Of a DNA stretch of 64,000 nt, positions 45,849 through 56,551 are shown one piece after another. Within the stretch, counting starts at the first letter, position 1, and every line of letters starts with the position of its first letter. The notes beneath the pieces are model-generated. The model searched no databases. It saw only the letters and a program-made list of their open reading frames with translations, and had not been told where the DNA came from. A program made the translations under genes and the position numbers. Source of the stretch: a virus; IMG/VR virus record IMGVR_UViG_3300045199_000074. One strand, written 5' to 3'.

Positions 45849-46583
45849 TTGGACTATGTATCAACGCAAGCAACGATTGCACTAGCGCTAAATGCTTGGC
45901 ACAATTATGCAATAGCCTCTGGAAAATCGAGTATGCATCGAGCTTCTTCACCTTCAAACTTTTCTTCTCATTTACAAATTGCTCGGCAAATAGTTGCCGG
46001 TGCCATTGATAGTGACAACATTGCAGACATATTATCTTCCTTTGATCAATTTGGGGATAACGATGCATCGCACGAAAATTTAACGGCTGCACGAAATCTT
46101 TTAAAGCTACATTCACCTATTGTTTCTGATATGCATTATGATGAGATGGCTCAGACTGCTCTTCCGACACGTTTTTCGATGACAGTTGATGTATCTTCGA
46201 CTTCTTGTGTAGCCGTTTTTAATTTGCATGAGAAAATTCAATCAATCAGACAGGACATATCATTAGCACTTGATACTGATAATCTTTGGGGCTGTAGCAT
46301 TTCCAATCAAGTGAGGAACAGGCTTCAGATAGCAAAGGACCGACCTAATTTAGCGGATCATCTATACAGATCGGCTACGGACCATTTCGTTTCTGATATC
46401 TTAAATTTGCTTGATGATATTCCAGGGATGATGACTGTAGGGCGATACGGTCGTATATGGACATCTAGTTTTTCTGAAGATGATGAGGCCGAGGTAATTA
46501 CCTGGATTTCGGCGGCTGGATTAACTCAATTTGTTAATTTGTTTATTTTTCTTCCTTCTGAGAGATGTATGCACCATGAATAA
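45849..46583 (+). CDS. Hypothetical protein
   Basis: 244-aa ORF. Confidence 0.7.
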   Translation: MDYVSTQATIALALNAWHNYAIASGKSSMHRASSPSNFSSHLQIARQIVAGAIDSDNIADILSSFDQFGDNDASHENLTAARNLLKLHSPIVSDMHYDEMAQTALPTRFSMTVDVSSTSCVAVFNLHEKIQSIRQDISLALDTDNLWGCSISNQVRNRLQIAKDRPNLADHLYRSATDHFVSDILNLLDDIPGMMTVGRYGRIWTSSFSEDDEAEVITWISAAGLTQFVNLFIFLPSERCMHHE

Positions 46584-47379
46584 AACCCGTGTTGCCGTTG
46601 TATTGTCACCTGAACAAATGAAATCCATTACAGGCTTTGAAGGAGTTTATGGAGCTTGTTTAATTGATGATGAATTAGCACAATCTTTCATCTTTATGAG
46701 CAAGGATGAATTGATGTCTGCGATTGAGGAATATGACGTCTGCCCAAGCGGCTATAGTGATCGAGTAGGACTACTTGAAGTTGATACAGAGCTTGAAGCG
46801 ATTGCTCAAATTGCGGATTTTGCTCTAACAAAGTTACCCCAATTATCCGATATCAATAGTATCAATAAGCAGGTGATCGATTATATTGATTATGGCCCTC
46901 GCTATTATAGAGGAATTCGACTTCGTCAAACTCCTTTTGGTATAGATATGATGGTTGGTGTTGAACTCGCAGCAAATCTCGGCTTAAAGGAAGGAGATAA
47001 GGTGTCTCTCAAGGCCTCTCCTTGCTCTCTATTCTTTGCAATCCAAAAGTCTGATGTTGGACCAGAATTGACCAGACCTATGGACGAGCCTGAACATTTT
47101 GTGATTGACAGAGTTTTTTCAAACATTCCCTTATTTGTTGAGTTAAACGAGACGGATTGGCATTTGGTACCATATCATCTCGTCAATGACTGTATTCTTA
47201 TTTCCACAAAGCTTGATAAAGCGCCAGCTCAAGATATTGGGAAGCGACCTTCTTCCGATTATAGTGGTAATGATGCGCCTTTTGATGGGTCTGTTGTTTC
47301 TAAATTGAATATTCGTTTCAACCTCTTTGCGATCTTCGTTGTGATAAGTATCATTTTGGCATTTTTCCGTATTTTTTAA
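46576..47379 (+). CDS. Hypothetical protein with a C-terminal membrane anchor
   Basis: C-terminal FNLFAIFVVISIILAFFRIF. Confidence 0.7.
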   Translation: MNKTRVAVVLSPEQMKSITGFEGVYGACLIDDELAQSFIFMSKDELMSAIEEYDVCPSGYSDRVGLLEVDTELEAIAQIADFALTKLPQLSDINSINKQVIDYIDYGPRYYRGIRLRQTPFGIDMMVGVELAANLGLKEGDKVSLKASPCSLFFAIQKSDVGPELTRPMDEPEHFVIDRVFSNIPLFVELNETDWHLVPYHLVNDCILISTKLDKAPAQDIGKRPSSDYSGNDAPFDGSVVSKLNIRFNLFAIFVVISIILAFFRIF

Positions 47380-47448
47380 TCCTTTTTGTGTCTTGCCTTT
47401 ATTCTTAATAGTCTGAAGGAGACGTCATTAATAAATAGAGTGAATTGT

Positions 47449-50400
47449 ATGTCCAAATGGTTTGATCTATCCCCATACGATATGAAACTGCAGCTTGCTG
47501 TTTTGCCTACGACACAGGTCTTACTTCTGGAGAATGTTCCTGATCAGTATGTTGATGCGGTGCGTCGTCTTGGGTTTCAAAAAAGGCCTAATGGAAACAA
47601 TTGGATTAAGCCAAATGCTACTCAGCTAAATCCCAATGAATTTAAACGCGAATTTCCAAAACTTTTAATTCGCGAACATGACAAATCTGAGTACCTAATA
47701 CGTGTTGAACCGCCAAAACGCAATGACGGTACTGATGCAAAATCATCTATGCTGCATGATACTGAAGCGAATTCATTTGTTCTTCTTGGATACAATAGAC
47801 AAGGACAGCGTATTGTAGAGGAATTTGGTGAACGCATTTTCATTGATGCTAGGGGCAACCGAATTAAAGAAAGTAGCCAAGCGATAAGTAATCCAGGCAT
47901 GTTTCTTCGGGCAAATGACGACGTGTCATTCACAATGTGCGCTGAATCTTTTTTAGAAACTGCCTTGAAAACGCATGGCTCCGACCAGTTTATCAGTATC
48001 GAGAAATTCATGACGACTATCGGAGTGATGCCTTCTCGGAAGAGCCATTTCATTAGTGCTATAAATGAGGCCGCCATACGACTTGTTGGTCGTAAAGGCA
48101 TAAAAACTCTTCAAGACCGTTTGTCTGTTTCTATCGGCATTACGCGTGCTCTTGAAAAATACGATCTTGGTCAGAAAGTAAAATTTGATCAGGTTGTTAT
48201 GGGTAGACGACTTTTGGGTCTGGATAGAGACTTGCTTGGTCATTCCATCTACGTGACTGGCGGTCGCTCGGATTTATTTGACCAGTTTAAACCTAAAGCA
48301 GTCCGCAACGCAGAAACTATATCCGATGCTGATTTTGTTCTGTCAATTGCAGACGATGAACAATCTGCATTTATTGATTTGCAGGAACGTAAGCCAGGTT
48401 CAATGACGGTCACCTTCGTTCCTACTGCTGATCTGGAATCCGCATCAAATGTTCTTGTAAATTTTGCAAAGCATGGGCCAATTGAATCAGCTGCATTGGT
48501 TGATCTCGGTCAGTCCAGCAAATTTTTGGCCGTTACGTCATTAATTGGAGACCCTGCTCAGGTTCCCGAAATCAGTGTTATTAATGATGAAGTGTCTTTT
48601 TGGTCATGGGCTTCACTAACTGTTTCTGATCGCGCTCGTGCGATGGAGAATGTTCGATCAGGGCTTTCGACTGCAGCAAATCTGACATCTGCTTCAATGG
48701 CTCAAAATTCCCATCAAGTCCCGTATAAGTCGGCCTCGAAAACTAGCGAACCAATTACCATGGTTCCTAAGGAATTAGATGAGGCTACTCGCTCGGCCTT
48801 AAACCGTCTCGTTGAAAGTTTTGAAGACGTTGATAGTCGCGTAGCTATTGAATGCGGTATTCCTCGTGAGGAATTAGGCGAGCGCCTTTCACCGGAACAG
48901 GTTGATGGTGTTGGGTTGGCCATTCATGCGGAAGAAAGGGGGCGTGCCTTTCTTTTTGCTGACAACACTGGCGTTGGAAAAGGTCGCGCTCTGATGGCGC
49001 TGGTCAAGCGTGCTGTTTTGCAGGGGCGTAAAGTTCTCGTCTTGACTGAAAAAGCTATGAATTTGTCCGACTTGATGCGCGATCTTAAGCACATAAACGC
49101 TCTTGGTGACGTAATGCCAGTCGTTATGAACCAAGATGCCACTCTTATCGATGAATCATCAGGAAAGCCCTTTGATCTTGGTGACCGTTCTATTCTGGAG
49201 AAGGCAATAGAGGAAAAGACATGGCCGGATAGTATTCCTGTGGTTTTTGCAACCTATAGCCAATTCAACCAGTCTCCAGACATTTCTCCTCGATCAGCTT
49301 GGCTTAGGGAGGTTGTTGACGCTGATACTCTTGTTGTCGGCGATGAAATTCACGTAGCTGCGAGTGGTAGTTCGAACACATCAGAAAATATAGCACATGC
49401 AATCGAAGCATCGGGGCCACCGGTTCTTGCGTCGGCTACTTTTGCTGGCGATGCAAGGGCGATGGCGTTCTTTGAGAGATTGTTTCCTTACGGAATGAGT
49501 GGAGCTGAAATTGCTGCAATGATGCGAAAAGGCGGTGAGCAGTTTATGGAGGTTGTCTCAGCGATGCTCGTTACGGATGGTGTCATGATCCGACGCGAGA
49601 AGGATATGTCCAAACTTGCAATCAGCCAGCATCTCGACAGCGAACGAGTTGAGAGAAATAGAGAGCATATGGATGCTTTAGCATCCGTTATCGGAGAGAT
49701 GGCGGTTCTCTCTGGTGAAATGGATCGTGTCGTAAATGCACGTAATAATGACAGTGGTGGCATTCTAAAGGGCATACAACTTAAAAGAATGGGATTTGGA
49801 TCACCGCTTTACACAATGACTCGTCTGTTTTCAGCTGCTCTTCTTGCCGAGTATGCCGCTGAAAGAGCTGTCACTGCACTTCAAAACGGAGAAAAGCCAA
49901 TTGTCCTGGTAGAAAATACCATACAGGGTATCCTTAAGGATGCTGAGATCGATGGCGGCGATGCTCCTGATTTCAAAGACGTTATGAGGCGTATTCTCGC
50001 GCAACTTACCAAGATGTCTTTTACAAATGATGATGGCGATACGAACCGTGTAGATGCTGCAGAAGGCAATGAAAACATGCAGGTTACGCTTCTCCGTATC
50101 AATCAGATGATAGACCAGCTTCCGGACTTACCAGCTTCTGCAATTGACGTCGTGAAGAGTAAAATTCGTGACGCTGGATACTCGTGTGGAGAAATTACGG
50201 GCCGCGTTTTGGAAGTAATTGATGGCAAAGTTGTCTCCCGTAAGGATAGGAACATTACCAAAACAAAAAATGCATTCAACGCGGGTGAGATTGATGCTCT
50301 TATTATTAATTCTGCAGGTAGCACGGGCATAGATCTTCATGCGTCACGACGGTTCAAGGATCAGCGCCGACGCGTGATGATCGAGCTGCAGGGGCCAGCG

Positions 50401-52095
50401 TATGTTTTGAAGCAAATTCAGGCATATGGCCGTGTTAGTCGATACGACGAAGTTGTGCCTTCTCGCGTTGAAGTTTTATCGACTGGTTTGCCTGTCGAAG
50501 TCCGTCTTTCTGCAATGAGAAATCAAAAGCTGCGTCGTCTTTCGGCAAACGTAACTTCAAATCGCGACAGCATTTTCCTTACCAAGAATATCCCTGATCT
50601 TATCAATTCCGTTGGTGATCAGGTTGTGTCTAAATATGCTGAAATGCGACCTGATTTGGTAAAAAAACTTTGTCTTTCCTACGCTGAAGATGACGGTACT
50701 GTAAAGGTGCCTGGAAAGAGCGATGAAGTACAAAGTGAAAGCAGTCAGGATAATGACCGTTCCGCTAACGAGTTTATGGCACGTTTAGCTCTCCTTCCTA
50801 CTGACTACCAAGAAAAGGTTCTATCGGAATTAACTGCAGAATATGAATTACATATTGCAGAACTTGAAGCGCGTGGAGAAAATCCTCTTCGTCCGAAAGA
50901 ATTGGAAGGCATGGTTCATATTCGTGACGCACGTCTTTTTGAAGGGAATGAAAATTCTGCATCGATTACTGCTTTCGATGGTCCTATGCACATTCGGGAT
51001 GTCGTTATCGAAAGAGTAGCTGAATCTATTCGTTCTGAAGCTCTTATGGCAGCTGTTGAAGCTGGAACAGAGATCTATGGTAAAGTTGAGCAGGCAGCGA
51101 TCAACATTACTGAAAACCCTGAGGTTTATCTCGAAATCTATATGCCTAAGAACATCAGAACCGTTCAGGAAGCGTTGGATAAAAATAATCAGAAGCTAAT
51201 GCAAATCAAGCGTGATATGGAGATCACGGCTGAAGCATTGCGAACACTCATCCCTGGACGAGAAATTGAGCTTACACATGGCCTTGATTCTGAAAAAATA
51301 AAGGCGATTGTAACATCGGTTTCAGCACCATATGCCGGATATCATCATCTTCGCAGTCAGTATAGGGTTTCAATCGCTATACCAGGAAACACGCACATAA
51401 ATTCAGTTCGATTGAGTACACTTTTACAAGATATGCAGGTTGCAACCTTCGAGAAGAACGGCAGTGTTAAGTTTAATGTATTTGATGGATTAACAGGGGC
51501 TGATTACGAAAAAATTCTCGAAAATTTCGAAAGTGCATCTGCAAAAAAACTAACTCCTGCACGTATTCTTTCGACAAACATTTTCCGTGCTGTCCGTTTG
51601 GCAGCCAAGTATAATCTTGGTCAGATGATCTCTTATGTGGATTCCGAAGGTAATCGTCATCGAGGAGTCATGGTGAAAAAGAACTTCGAATCTCATTTGG
51701 AAAAATTGCCTGTGAGACTTGATGGTATGGATCAGGCTTACAATGCGCTGGTCGATAAACGCGTGGAAGTGACAAATTCAGCAACTACAGCTAGAAATTC
51801 AATTAAAATATCTCCATTTGGGAATGAAACCTGGAACCTTTCGATACCTTCTCCCCGGAATAACCGATCTGGGCGTAAGTGGCCTTCTGAAGAATTCAAG
51901 GAATTGTTCGAACGTGGCGAAATTACTGAAAATATTAATTCTATGATCGCGATCAATAGCACAAATGAGTTGCGAGATGCATTGGAAATTTTGGTAAATA
52001 GTGGCCTCAATACGTTCTATGTTGATAGTAAATACCGCAAGGATTTTGTTGAGGAAAATATGTATCAGGAAAGCACTGTGGAGATGATAGCATGA
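47449..52095 (+). CDS. Strawberry-notch-like SF2 helicase/ATPase
   Basis: LSPEQVDGV, FADNTGVGKGR (Walker A), GDEIH, SATFA, GEITGR, INSAGSTGIDLHA, QAYGRVSR. Confidence 0.88.
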   Translation: MSKWFDLSPYDMKLQLAVLPTTQVLLLENVPDQYVDAVRRLGFQKRPNGNNWIKPNATQLNPNEFKREFPKLLIREHDKSEYLIRVEPPKRNDGTDAKSSMLHDTEANSFVLLGYNRQGQRIVEEFGERIFIDARGNRIKESSQAISNPGMFLRANDDVSFTMCAESFLETALKTHGSDQFISIEKFMTTIGVMPSRKSHFISAINEAAIRLVGRKGIKTLQDRLSVSIGITRALEKYDLGQKVKFDQVVMGRRLLGLDRDLLGHSIYVTGGRSDLFDQFKPKAVRNAETISDADFVLSIADDEQSAFIDLQERKPGSMTVTFVPTADLESASNVLVNFAKHGPIESAALVDLGQSSKFLAVTSLIGDPAQVPEISVINDEVSFWSWASLTVSDRARAMENVRSGLSTAANLTSASMAQNSHQVPYKSASKTSEPITMVPKELDEATRSALNRLVESFEDVDSRVAIECGIPREELGERLSPEQVDGVGLAIHAEERGRAFLFADNTGVGKGRALMALVKRAVLQGRKVLVLTEKAMNLSDLMRDLKHINALGDVMPVVMNQDATLIDESSGKPFDLGDRSILEKAIEEKTWPDSIPVVFATYSQFNQSPDISPRSAWLREVVDADTLVVGDEIHVAASGSSNTSENIAHAIEASGPPVLASATFAGDARAMAFFERLFPYGMSGAEIAAMMRKGGEQFMEVVSAMLVTDGVMIRREKDMSKLAISQHLDSERVERNREHMDALASVIGEMAVLSGEMDRVVNARNNDSGGILKGIQLKRMGFGSPLYTMTRLFSAALLAEYAAERAVTALQNGEKPIVLVENTIQGILKDAEIDGGDAPDFKDVMRRILAQLTKMSFTNDDGDTNRVDAAEGNENMQVTLLRINQMIDQLPDLPASAIDVVKSKIRDAGYSCGEITGRVLEVIDGKVVSRKDRNITKTKNAFNAGEIDALIINSAGSTGIDLHASRRFKDQRRRVMIELQGPAYVLKQIQAYGRVSRYDEVVPSRVEVLSTGLPVEVRLSAMRNQKLRRLSANVTSNRDSIFLTKNIPDLINSVGDQVVSKYAEMRPDLVKKLCLSYAEDDGTVKVPGKSDEVQSESSQDNDRSANEFMARLALLPTDYQEKVLSELTAEYELHIAELEARGENPLRPKELEGMVHIRDARLFEGNENSASITAFDGPMHIRDVVIERVAESIRSEALMAAVEAGTEIYGKVEQAAINITENPEVYLEIYMPKNIRTVQEALDKNNQKLMQIKRDMEITAEALRTLIPGREIELTHGLDSEKIKAIVTSVSAPYAGYHHLRSQYRVSIAIPGNTHINSVRLSTLLQDMQVATFEKNGSVKFNVFDGLTGADYEKILENFESASAKKLTPARILSTNIFRAVRLAAKYNLGQMISYVDSEGNRHRGVMVKKNFESHLEKLPVRLDGMDQAYNALVDKRVEVTNSATTARNSIKISPFGNETWNLSIPSPRNNRSGRKWPSEEFKELFERGEITENINSMIAINSTNELRDALEILVNSGLNTFYVDSKYRKDFVEENMYQESTVEMIA

Positions 52096-53858
52096 CAACA
52101 TTGGAAACTCTGGGGCTTCAGGTGACTCCAATATCTTCGACGGAAGGGAAAGGATATGCGCTATCTTATCGAGACAATGTTCAGATGTCGTTGTGTGTTA
52201 TTGTAGGAAACGGCGATGGAAAGATTTCATACTCGTCCATTAGAACCTTCGATACCTTTAGCCGAGATGATGCTATAGCGCTTCTCACCGATAATCCTAC
52301 AGATACTCGCGCTCATGCACCCTGGGCCTTTGCAATGATTGGTGGCGACCGTATGGAAGATTTGATGGATCAATTAAATTTGCCATATGCGGACAGAGAC
52401 AATGTCCGAAACGAACTTATAGAATTGATTGGCATTGAGAAATCTCGTGTGGATGGCTTTGACATTCGAGCTGTTGAGGCTATTTCCAAAAGCTATCAGC
52501 AGACCAAATCGTCATACGAATTTTATTCTGGCGACAATGATCGGTCACATATCCGGAGACAAGCTGCAGCCAGTTATCCCCTGTTGGCTGATTTATTATC
52601 GTCGAATCTAAACGCAAAAATGGCGGTTGATCTTAAAAAGCCCATTGCAGACACCGTGGTGAACTTGCTTTCCAAGATTGTTGATACTTCTATCACAAAG
52701 CCAATTCTCAAGCGCCTTGCTTCAGCTGACGCGTTGCCTAATGGGGTGAAGCTTTCTTCGGTCGTGCGCTTAATGTCACTGGTGCCTCCTGATTGGATTC
52801 CTTCTACAGGTTCAGAATGGAATTCTTTCTGTCATGTTGCCGGAGGTGTTTTTGAAGATATTGCAGCAACTGATCAATCGGTTGGGCCGATGGTTAAGTC
52901 CGCACAAGGTAAATGGGTAGAGTTTAGCCAGCGTGTGATTAAAAAGGCCTGTATAGAAGAGGTAAATCTTGACGATGACTTTCGTCTTGTCATGCGTAGC
53001 ACGTCGGATATGTTAGAAGATTTCAAGAATTTTGTAGTTCTTCCTTTATCTTCATATGGAGGTGATAGTGATAGTGTTATGGTAACACCCGAAATGGCAA
53101 TTACTTCGCGTATGTCAGCGTTTGAGATGCTTTTGGCAGGTAAATCTCTCACCGATATAGCTGATCAGCAGCGTCGCTTTCATCTCGGACGAAACGGCAT
53201 TTTGAGCGGTACTGCGCAAGTCGAACTAGAAAACAGGGAAGCATTACGGCGTTCGATTGATACAGATACCTGGCCTGGATTAAGTGACCCTGTCCAAGCC
53301 CCAAATGGCCTTTGGCTTATTCCACTTCGTAGTACGAATGAACTGAAAGATGAAGGCGCTGCAATGGGGCATTGTGTAGGTGGCTACACTCAGGTTGCTC
53401 AATCTTGTCAATCATTTATCGTATCCGTTCGATCTCTTGATGAAAACAATGCCGTCACAAAACGTCATTCAACAATAGAATTCAATTCACTTAGTCCTTC
53501 AAATGACGTGCTTAGTGTTAAACAGAACATGGCTTACGGAAATACCAACCCCAGCCCAATAGCAAAAGACGCTACTGCCTGGTATATGTCCGCAGTCCTT
53601 TCTGGACAGGTTAAATTGAACCGAAAACTTATCAGTGCTTTTCTTGATGAAATCCCGGTTCCTGATGACGCCGTAGAGAGACTTTGTGGTTATGACTGGA
53701 AAGACCGTGGCATATTAAACGAAGCCGTCATGCCATGGTTTCCATTCGTTAATAAGAAATATCAGAAAATGAATCTGGACGGCTTATTGGACTGCGAGGA
53801 AGTCGCAACAATTTCAGAAATGATTTCTCCAGATCCATTGGCATTTCAATTCCGATGA
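52092..53858 (+). CDS. PcfJ-domain protein
   Basis: C-terminal LIPLRSTNELKDEGAAMGHCVGGY...IVSVRS...STIEF; ATGA overlap with the helicase gene. Confidence 0.75.
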   Translation: MTTLETLGLQVTPISSTEGKGYALSYRDNVQMSLCVIVGNGDGKISYSSIRTFDTFSRDDAIALLTDNPTDTRAHAPWAFAMIGGDRMEDLMDQLNLPYADRDNVRNELIELIGIEKSRVDGFDIRAVEAISKSYQQTKSSYEFYSGDNDRSHIRRQAAASYPLLADLLSSNLNAKMAVDLKKPIADTVVNLLSKIVDTSITKPILKRLASADALPNGVKLSSVVRLMSLVPPDWIPSTGSEWNSFCHVAGGVFEDIAATDQSVGPMVKSAQGKWVEFSQRVIKKACIEEVNLDDDFRLVMRSTSDMLEDFKNFVVLPLSSYGGDSDSVMVTPEMAITSRMSAFEMLLAGKSLTDIADQQRRFHLGRNGILSGTAQVELENREALRRSIDTDTWPGLSDPVQAPNGLWLIPLRSTNELKDEGAAMGHCVGGYTQVAQSCQSFIVSVRSLDENNAVTKRHSTIEFNSLSPSNDVLSVKQNMAYGNTNPSPIAKDATAWYMSAVLSGQVKLNRKLISAFLDEIPVPDDAVERLCGYDWKDRGILNEAVMPWFPFVNKKYQKMNLDGLLDCEEVATISEMISPDPLAFQFR

Positions 53859-53880
53859 ATTATACGCATTAGAAGATAAT

Positions 53881-54657
53881 TTATCGATACCAAATAGGCT
53901 TAAATCTATTTGAACGTGGCGTTATCAGATTCGATTTTTCATGACTTATTTTGTCTAGAACCCTTCGGAAAATGCCTTTATTTAACGGGCGTGATAATTT
54001 TTGTTTGGTCGCGCCATCAACCATTTCACCATGTAAACCTCCCTTGGTTTTTTCAAGAAGCATCACTGCGAGCAGAAATGGGATTTCGGCAGTAGCATCG
54101 CGATAGCTGCGTTCTTTTGCGAATGGGTCGCTGTCCGTTAAAATATTAATTTCGTCCCCAAAACCTGACGGCATAGTAACATTTATGTATTTCATAATAC
54201 GGCTCAGGCTTTCGGCATTGGTCGGCTTTTTGCGGGTTCTCGCAATTTTGGCCGCTACTGCCAACGTTTCAGTATCAAACAGCGAAACTGCAAACGCATG
54301 TCGAGCATTTATGCCATCTTCTGTCCATCCAGTCACAACGAGCATCAGATGCTCGTCAAATTCATGGGGAACGACAAGGCAACCTGTTTTCACATTTTCA
54401 TTGCCTCCGTGTCCCGACCTGGTTTCAAGACCCCACTCATACCATACTGGCGATGTGGGGCGCTCGATGAAATGAAGACCACATTCTATGGCATATGGAT
54501 CGTCATTAAGAAGACGTCTAATGGTAGTCGCTGCCTCGATTTCTATTATATTTTTTTTTGCATCGTTTATAAGGCCTGCGATTTGCATATGTTCATCAGA
54601 ACCAAAATTTTTCATGCTGCTTTTATATAGCATCTCGGCTAGCGAATTATTCGACAA
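53881..54657 (-). CDS. Hypothetical protein
   Basis: 258-aa ORF coupled to the upstream gene. Confidence 0.7.
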   Translation of the reverse strand: MSNNSLAEMLYKSSMKNFGSDEHMQIAGLINDAKKNIIEIEAATTIRRLLNDDPYAIECGLHFIERPTSPVWYEWGLETRSGHGGNENVKTGCLVVPHEFDEHLMLVVTGWTEDGINARHAFAVSLFDTETLAVAAKIARTRKKPTNAESLSRIMKYINVTMPSGFGDEINILTDSDPFAKERSYRDATAEIPFLLAVMLLEKTKGGLHGEMVDGATKQKLSRPLNKGIFRRVLDKISHEKSNLITPRSNRFKPIWYR

Positions 54658-54659
54658 TA

Positions 54660-54878
54660 TTAATACCTTTTTACGCGACGAGGCAGTTCATCTAGTTCCT
54701 GGCATATTACACATCGAGTGCAATTAGGCATAGCGTTGCGTCGTTTTTCTGGAATCTCATTACCACATTCGATGCAATAAATATCTTCAGGTTCAAATTT
54801 CAATTCACGTTTAATAGTTAGAATACCCTTTTGAATACGTGCAAATTCAATGTCACTCGCGCGATCTGCATCATCCAT
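54660..54878 (-). CDS. TraR/DksA C4-type zinc-finger protein
   Basis: MDDADRA (DxxDxA) and CIECG..IP..RR.AMP.C.RCV.CQ; GGAG RBS. Confidence 0.9.
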   Translation of the reverse strand: MDDADRASDIEFARIQKGILTIKRELKFEPEDIYCIECGNEIPEKRRNAMPNCTRCVICQELDELPRRVKRY

Positions 54879-55161
54879 ATTTATTCTCCAAAATCCTATC
54901 TTAATTTGTTTAATTCCAACGCTTGGATGGGCTGGAACTTATGTCTTAAATAAAGGTTGGTCAATTAAAAAATACATATTAATTGTGAATTTGAAAAATT
55001 GTCGCACTCAGAGAATAATTATCTGGCATTAATTCAGGTATTTATATATGCGATTTATTAATTAAATGCCCGTATTTATGTCTTTGCAACGGTGACAACC
55101 AAAATTGACAACGTTTGCTATGCGCTTCACAATAAATAATAAGCTATTAAATAGGTGATTT

Positions 55162-55410
55162 ATGCGCGCGGTCATAATTGCATTTTCGTTGTCTTCTATT
55201 GTCCTTAGTGGGTGTGGATTTTCAAACCACAAGCAAAATCATTTAGGATTGGTTGTAGCCCCTCATGGTGTCAGTGTAGACAGTGCAAAGTCATCCAATC
55301 CCGCACCTATCGCATTAACGTCAGGTACGTCATGGAAGCGATCTTGGTCTAAAAAGCAGGCAGAAACAAAAAGTATCGATAAAGATGCTCCATATAATTC
55401 CTTGGACTGA
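55162..55410 (+). CDS. Small putative lipoprotein
   Basis: Lipobox LSGC; AGGTG RBS. Confidence 0.7.
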   Translation: MRAVIIAFSLSSIVLSGCGFSNHKQNHLGLVVAPHGVSVDSAKSSNPAPIALTSGTSWKRSWSKKQAETKSIDKDAPYNSLD

Positions 55411-55491
55411 AATTATGTAGACTTCAATGGTGGATGACTTATGCAGCCACTTCCTTCATGGTGGGCTAACCCATTCCTTGGAATATGATTT

Positions 55492-56106
55492 ATGGCTGAG
55501 ATGTCTACCGATTTTATTTTCACTGCACCATTTCGCTTCAACTGGGCGGCCGTTAAGGACCTGAACAAAATTATTGTTCACCCCGACCCATCAGAAGACG
55601 ACTTGTTCAACGCTAACTTTTCTCCAGATCATCTGGAGGCACTTGGATATAACATTCCAGAAGATGATCACAGTGCCTACCTTTTTTCCGTCTCCGCTTT
55701 TAAAGAAGCAGTGAAATACTCCGAATGGAAACACATCTTCGAACCGGAACTCCCTGTATTCTGGCCGTGTGTTCCGATGAAGGATAATCAAGCAACGGCT
55801 AATGCAATCTATGAAGCCGGATTAAATTGTGTTTTGATATCTGGAAACATCGATGACGTAACGAGCATATCTGGTTTTGCATTAACAGCCGGTGGAACCG
55901 ATCTTTCTGATCATCTTGCTGCAGCATATTTGTGTAGTGGAAATATACCTCCGGTAACTGTTACACAGAGAGCTATGGCTCTTAACAGGCCGATAAAAAT
56001 GGAAGATGAACTAAAAATAGCGGCTGATACGACTGGTAAATTTCTGAATTTAACAGTCGACCGTTTAAATGAAGCTTTACGTGTCAATAAAGGTCCTCGT
56101 CTTTAA
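55492..56106 (+). CDS. Hypothetical protein
   Basis: 204-aa ORF. Confidence 0.7.
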   Translation: MAEMSTDFIFTAPFRFNWAAVKDLNKIIVHPDPSEDDLFNANFSPDHLEALGYNIPEDDHSAYLFSVSAFKEAVKYSEWKHIFEPELPVFWPCVPMKDNQATANAIYEAGLNCVLISGNIDDVTSISGFALTAGGTDLSDHLAAAYLCSGNIPPVTVTQRAMALNRPIKMEDELKIAADTTGKFLNLTVDRLNEALRVNKGPRL

Positions 56107-56111
56107 TCGGG

Positions 56112-56139
56112 TTGACTATTTCTTTTAAAACTATATAAA
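56112..56139 (+). promoter_or_regulatory. Sigma70-like promoter upstream of Arg/Phe leader 1
   Basis: TTGACT-N16-TATAAA. Confidence 0.55.
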
Positions 56140-56163
56140 TTTGTGTCTGTAAAAGGGAATAAT

Positions 56164-56250
56164 ATGTCTGTTTATTTGATCAATCGTCGGCGATTTAGTG
56201 TTGTTGGACATCCGGTGGGATGGCTTCCAAAGCGCTTGCGCATGACATGA
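56164..56250 (+). CDS. Arg/Phe leader peptide 1 MSVYLINRRRFSVVGHPVGWLPKRLRMT*
   Basis: AAGGGA RBS; CGT CGG CGA TTT run and later CGC x2; followed by a terminator. Confidence 0.7.
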   Translation: MSVYLINRRRFSVVGHPVGWLPKRLRMT

Positions 56251-56273
56251 TCTAGACAGATCACTGTTTAAGC

Positions 56274-56319
56274 AAAGGCTGGGGCTTCTGCCGGAAGGTG
56301 TGAGGCCTCAGCCTTTTTT
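56274..56319 (+). terminator. Terminator after Arg/Phe leader 1
   Basis: 15-bp stem aaaggctggggcttc / gaggcctcagccttt followed by ttt. Confidence 0.85.
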
Positions 56320-56343
56320 ATTGTCTGAAACTTGGAGAATGAT

Positions 56344-56454
56344 ATGCGACGACGACGGCGATTAAAGGTTCGATTTATAACCCAACATGCTGACTTTATT
56401 AACTTGGGATACCGTTTCCTGAGGCGATATTTTACACCTGTTGTTTATTCCTAA
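56344..56454 (+). CDS. Arg/Phe-rich leader-like ORF 2 MRRRRRLKVRFITQHADFINLGYRFLRRYFTPVVYS*
   Basis: GGAG RBS 6 nt upstream; CGA CGA CGA CGG CGA; 9 Arg and 4 Phe in 36 aa. Confidence 0.7.
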   Translation: MRRRRRLKVRFITQHADFINLGYRFLRRYFTPVVYS

Positions 56455-56490
56455 CTTATTGAAATAATTCACGTTTTTGTATTTTTATAG

Positions 56491-56518
56491 TTGACGCCGT
56501 TATTTCTTTGTGTAATAT
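56491..56518 (+). promoter_or_regulatory. Possible internal promoter directly upstream of tRNA-Phe
   Basis: TTGACG-N16-TAATAT. Confidence 0.45.
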
Positions 56519-56551
56519 TTAAATCATCGAAAGAACGAAAGAGCTTTCTTA

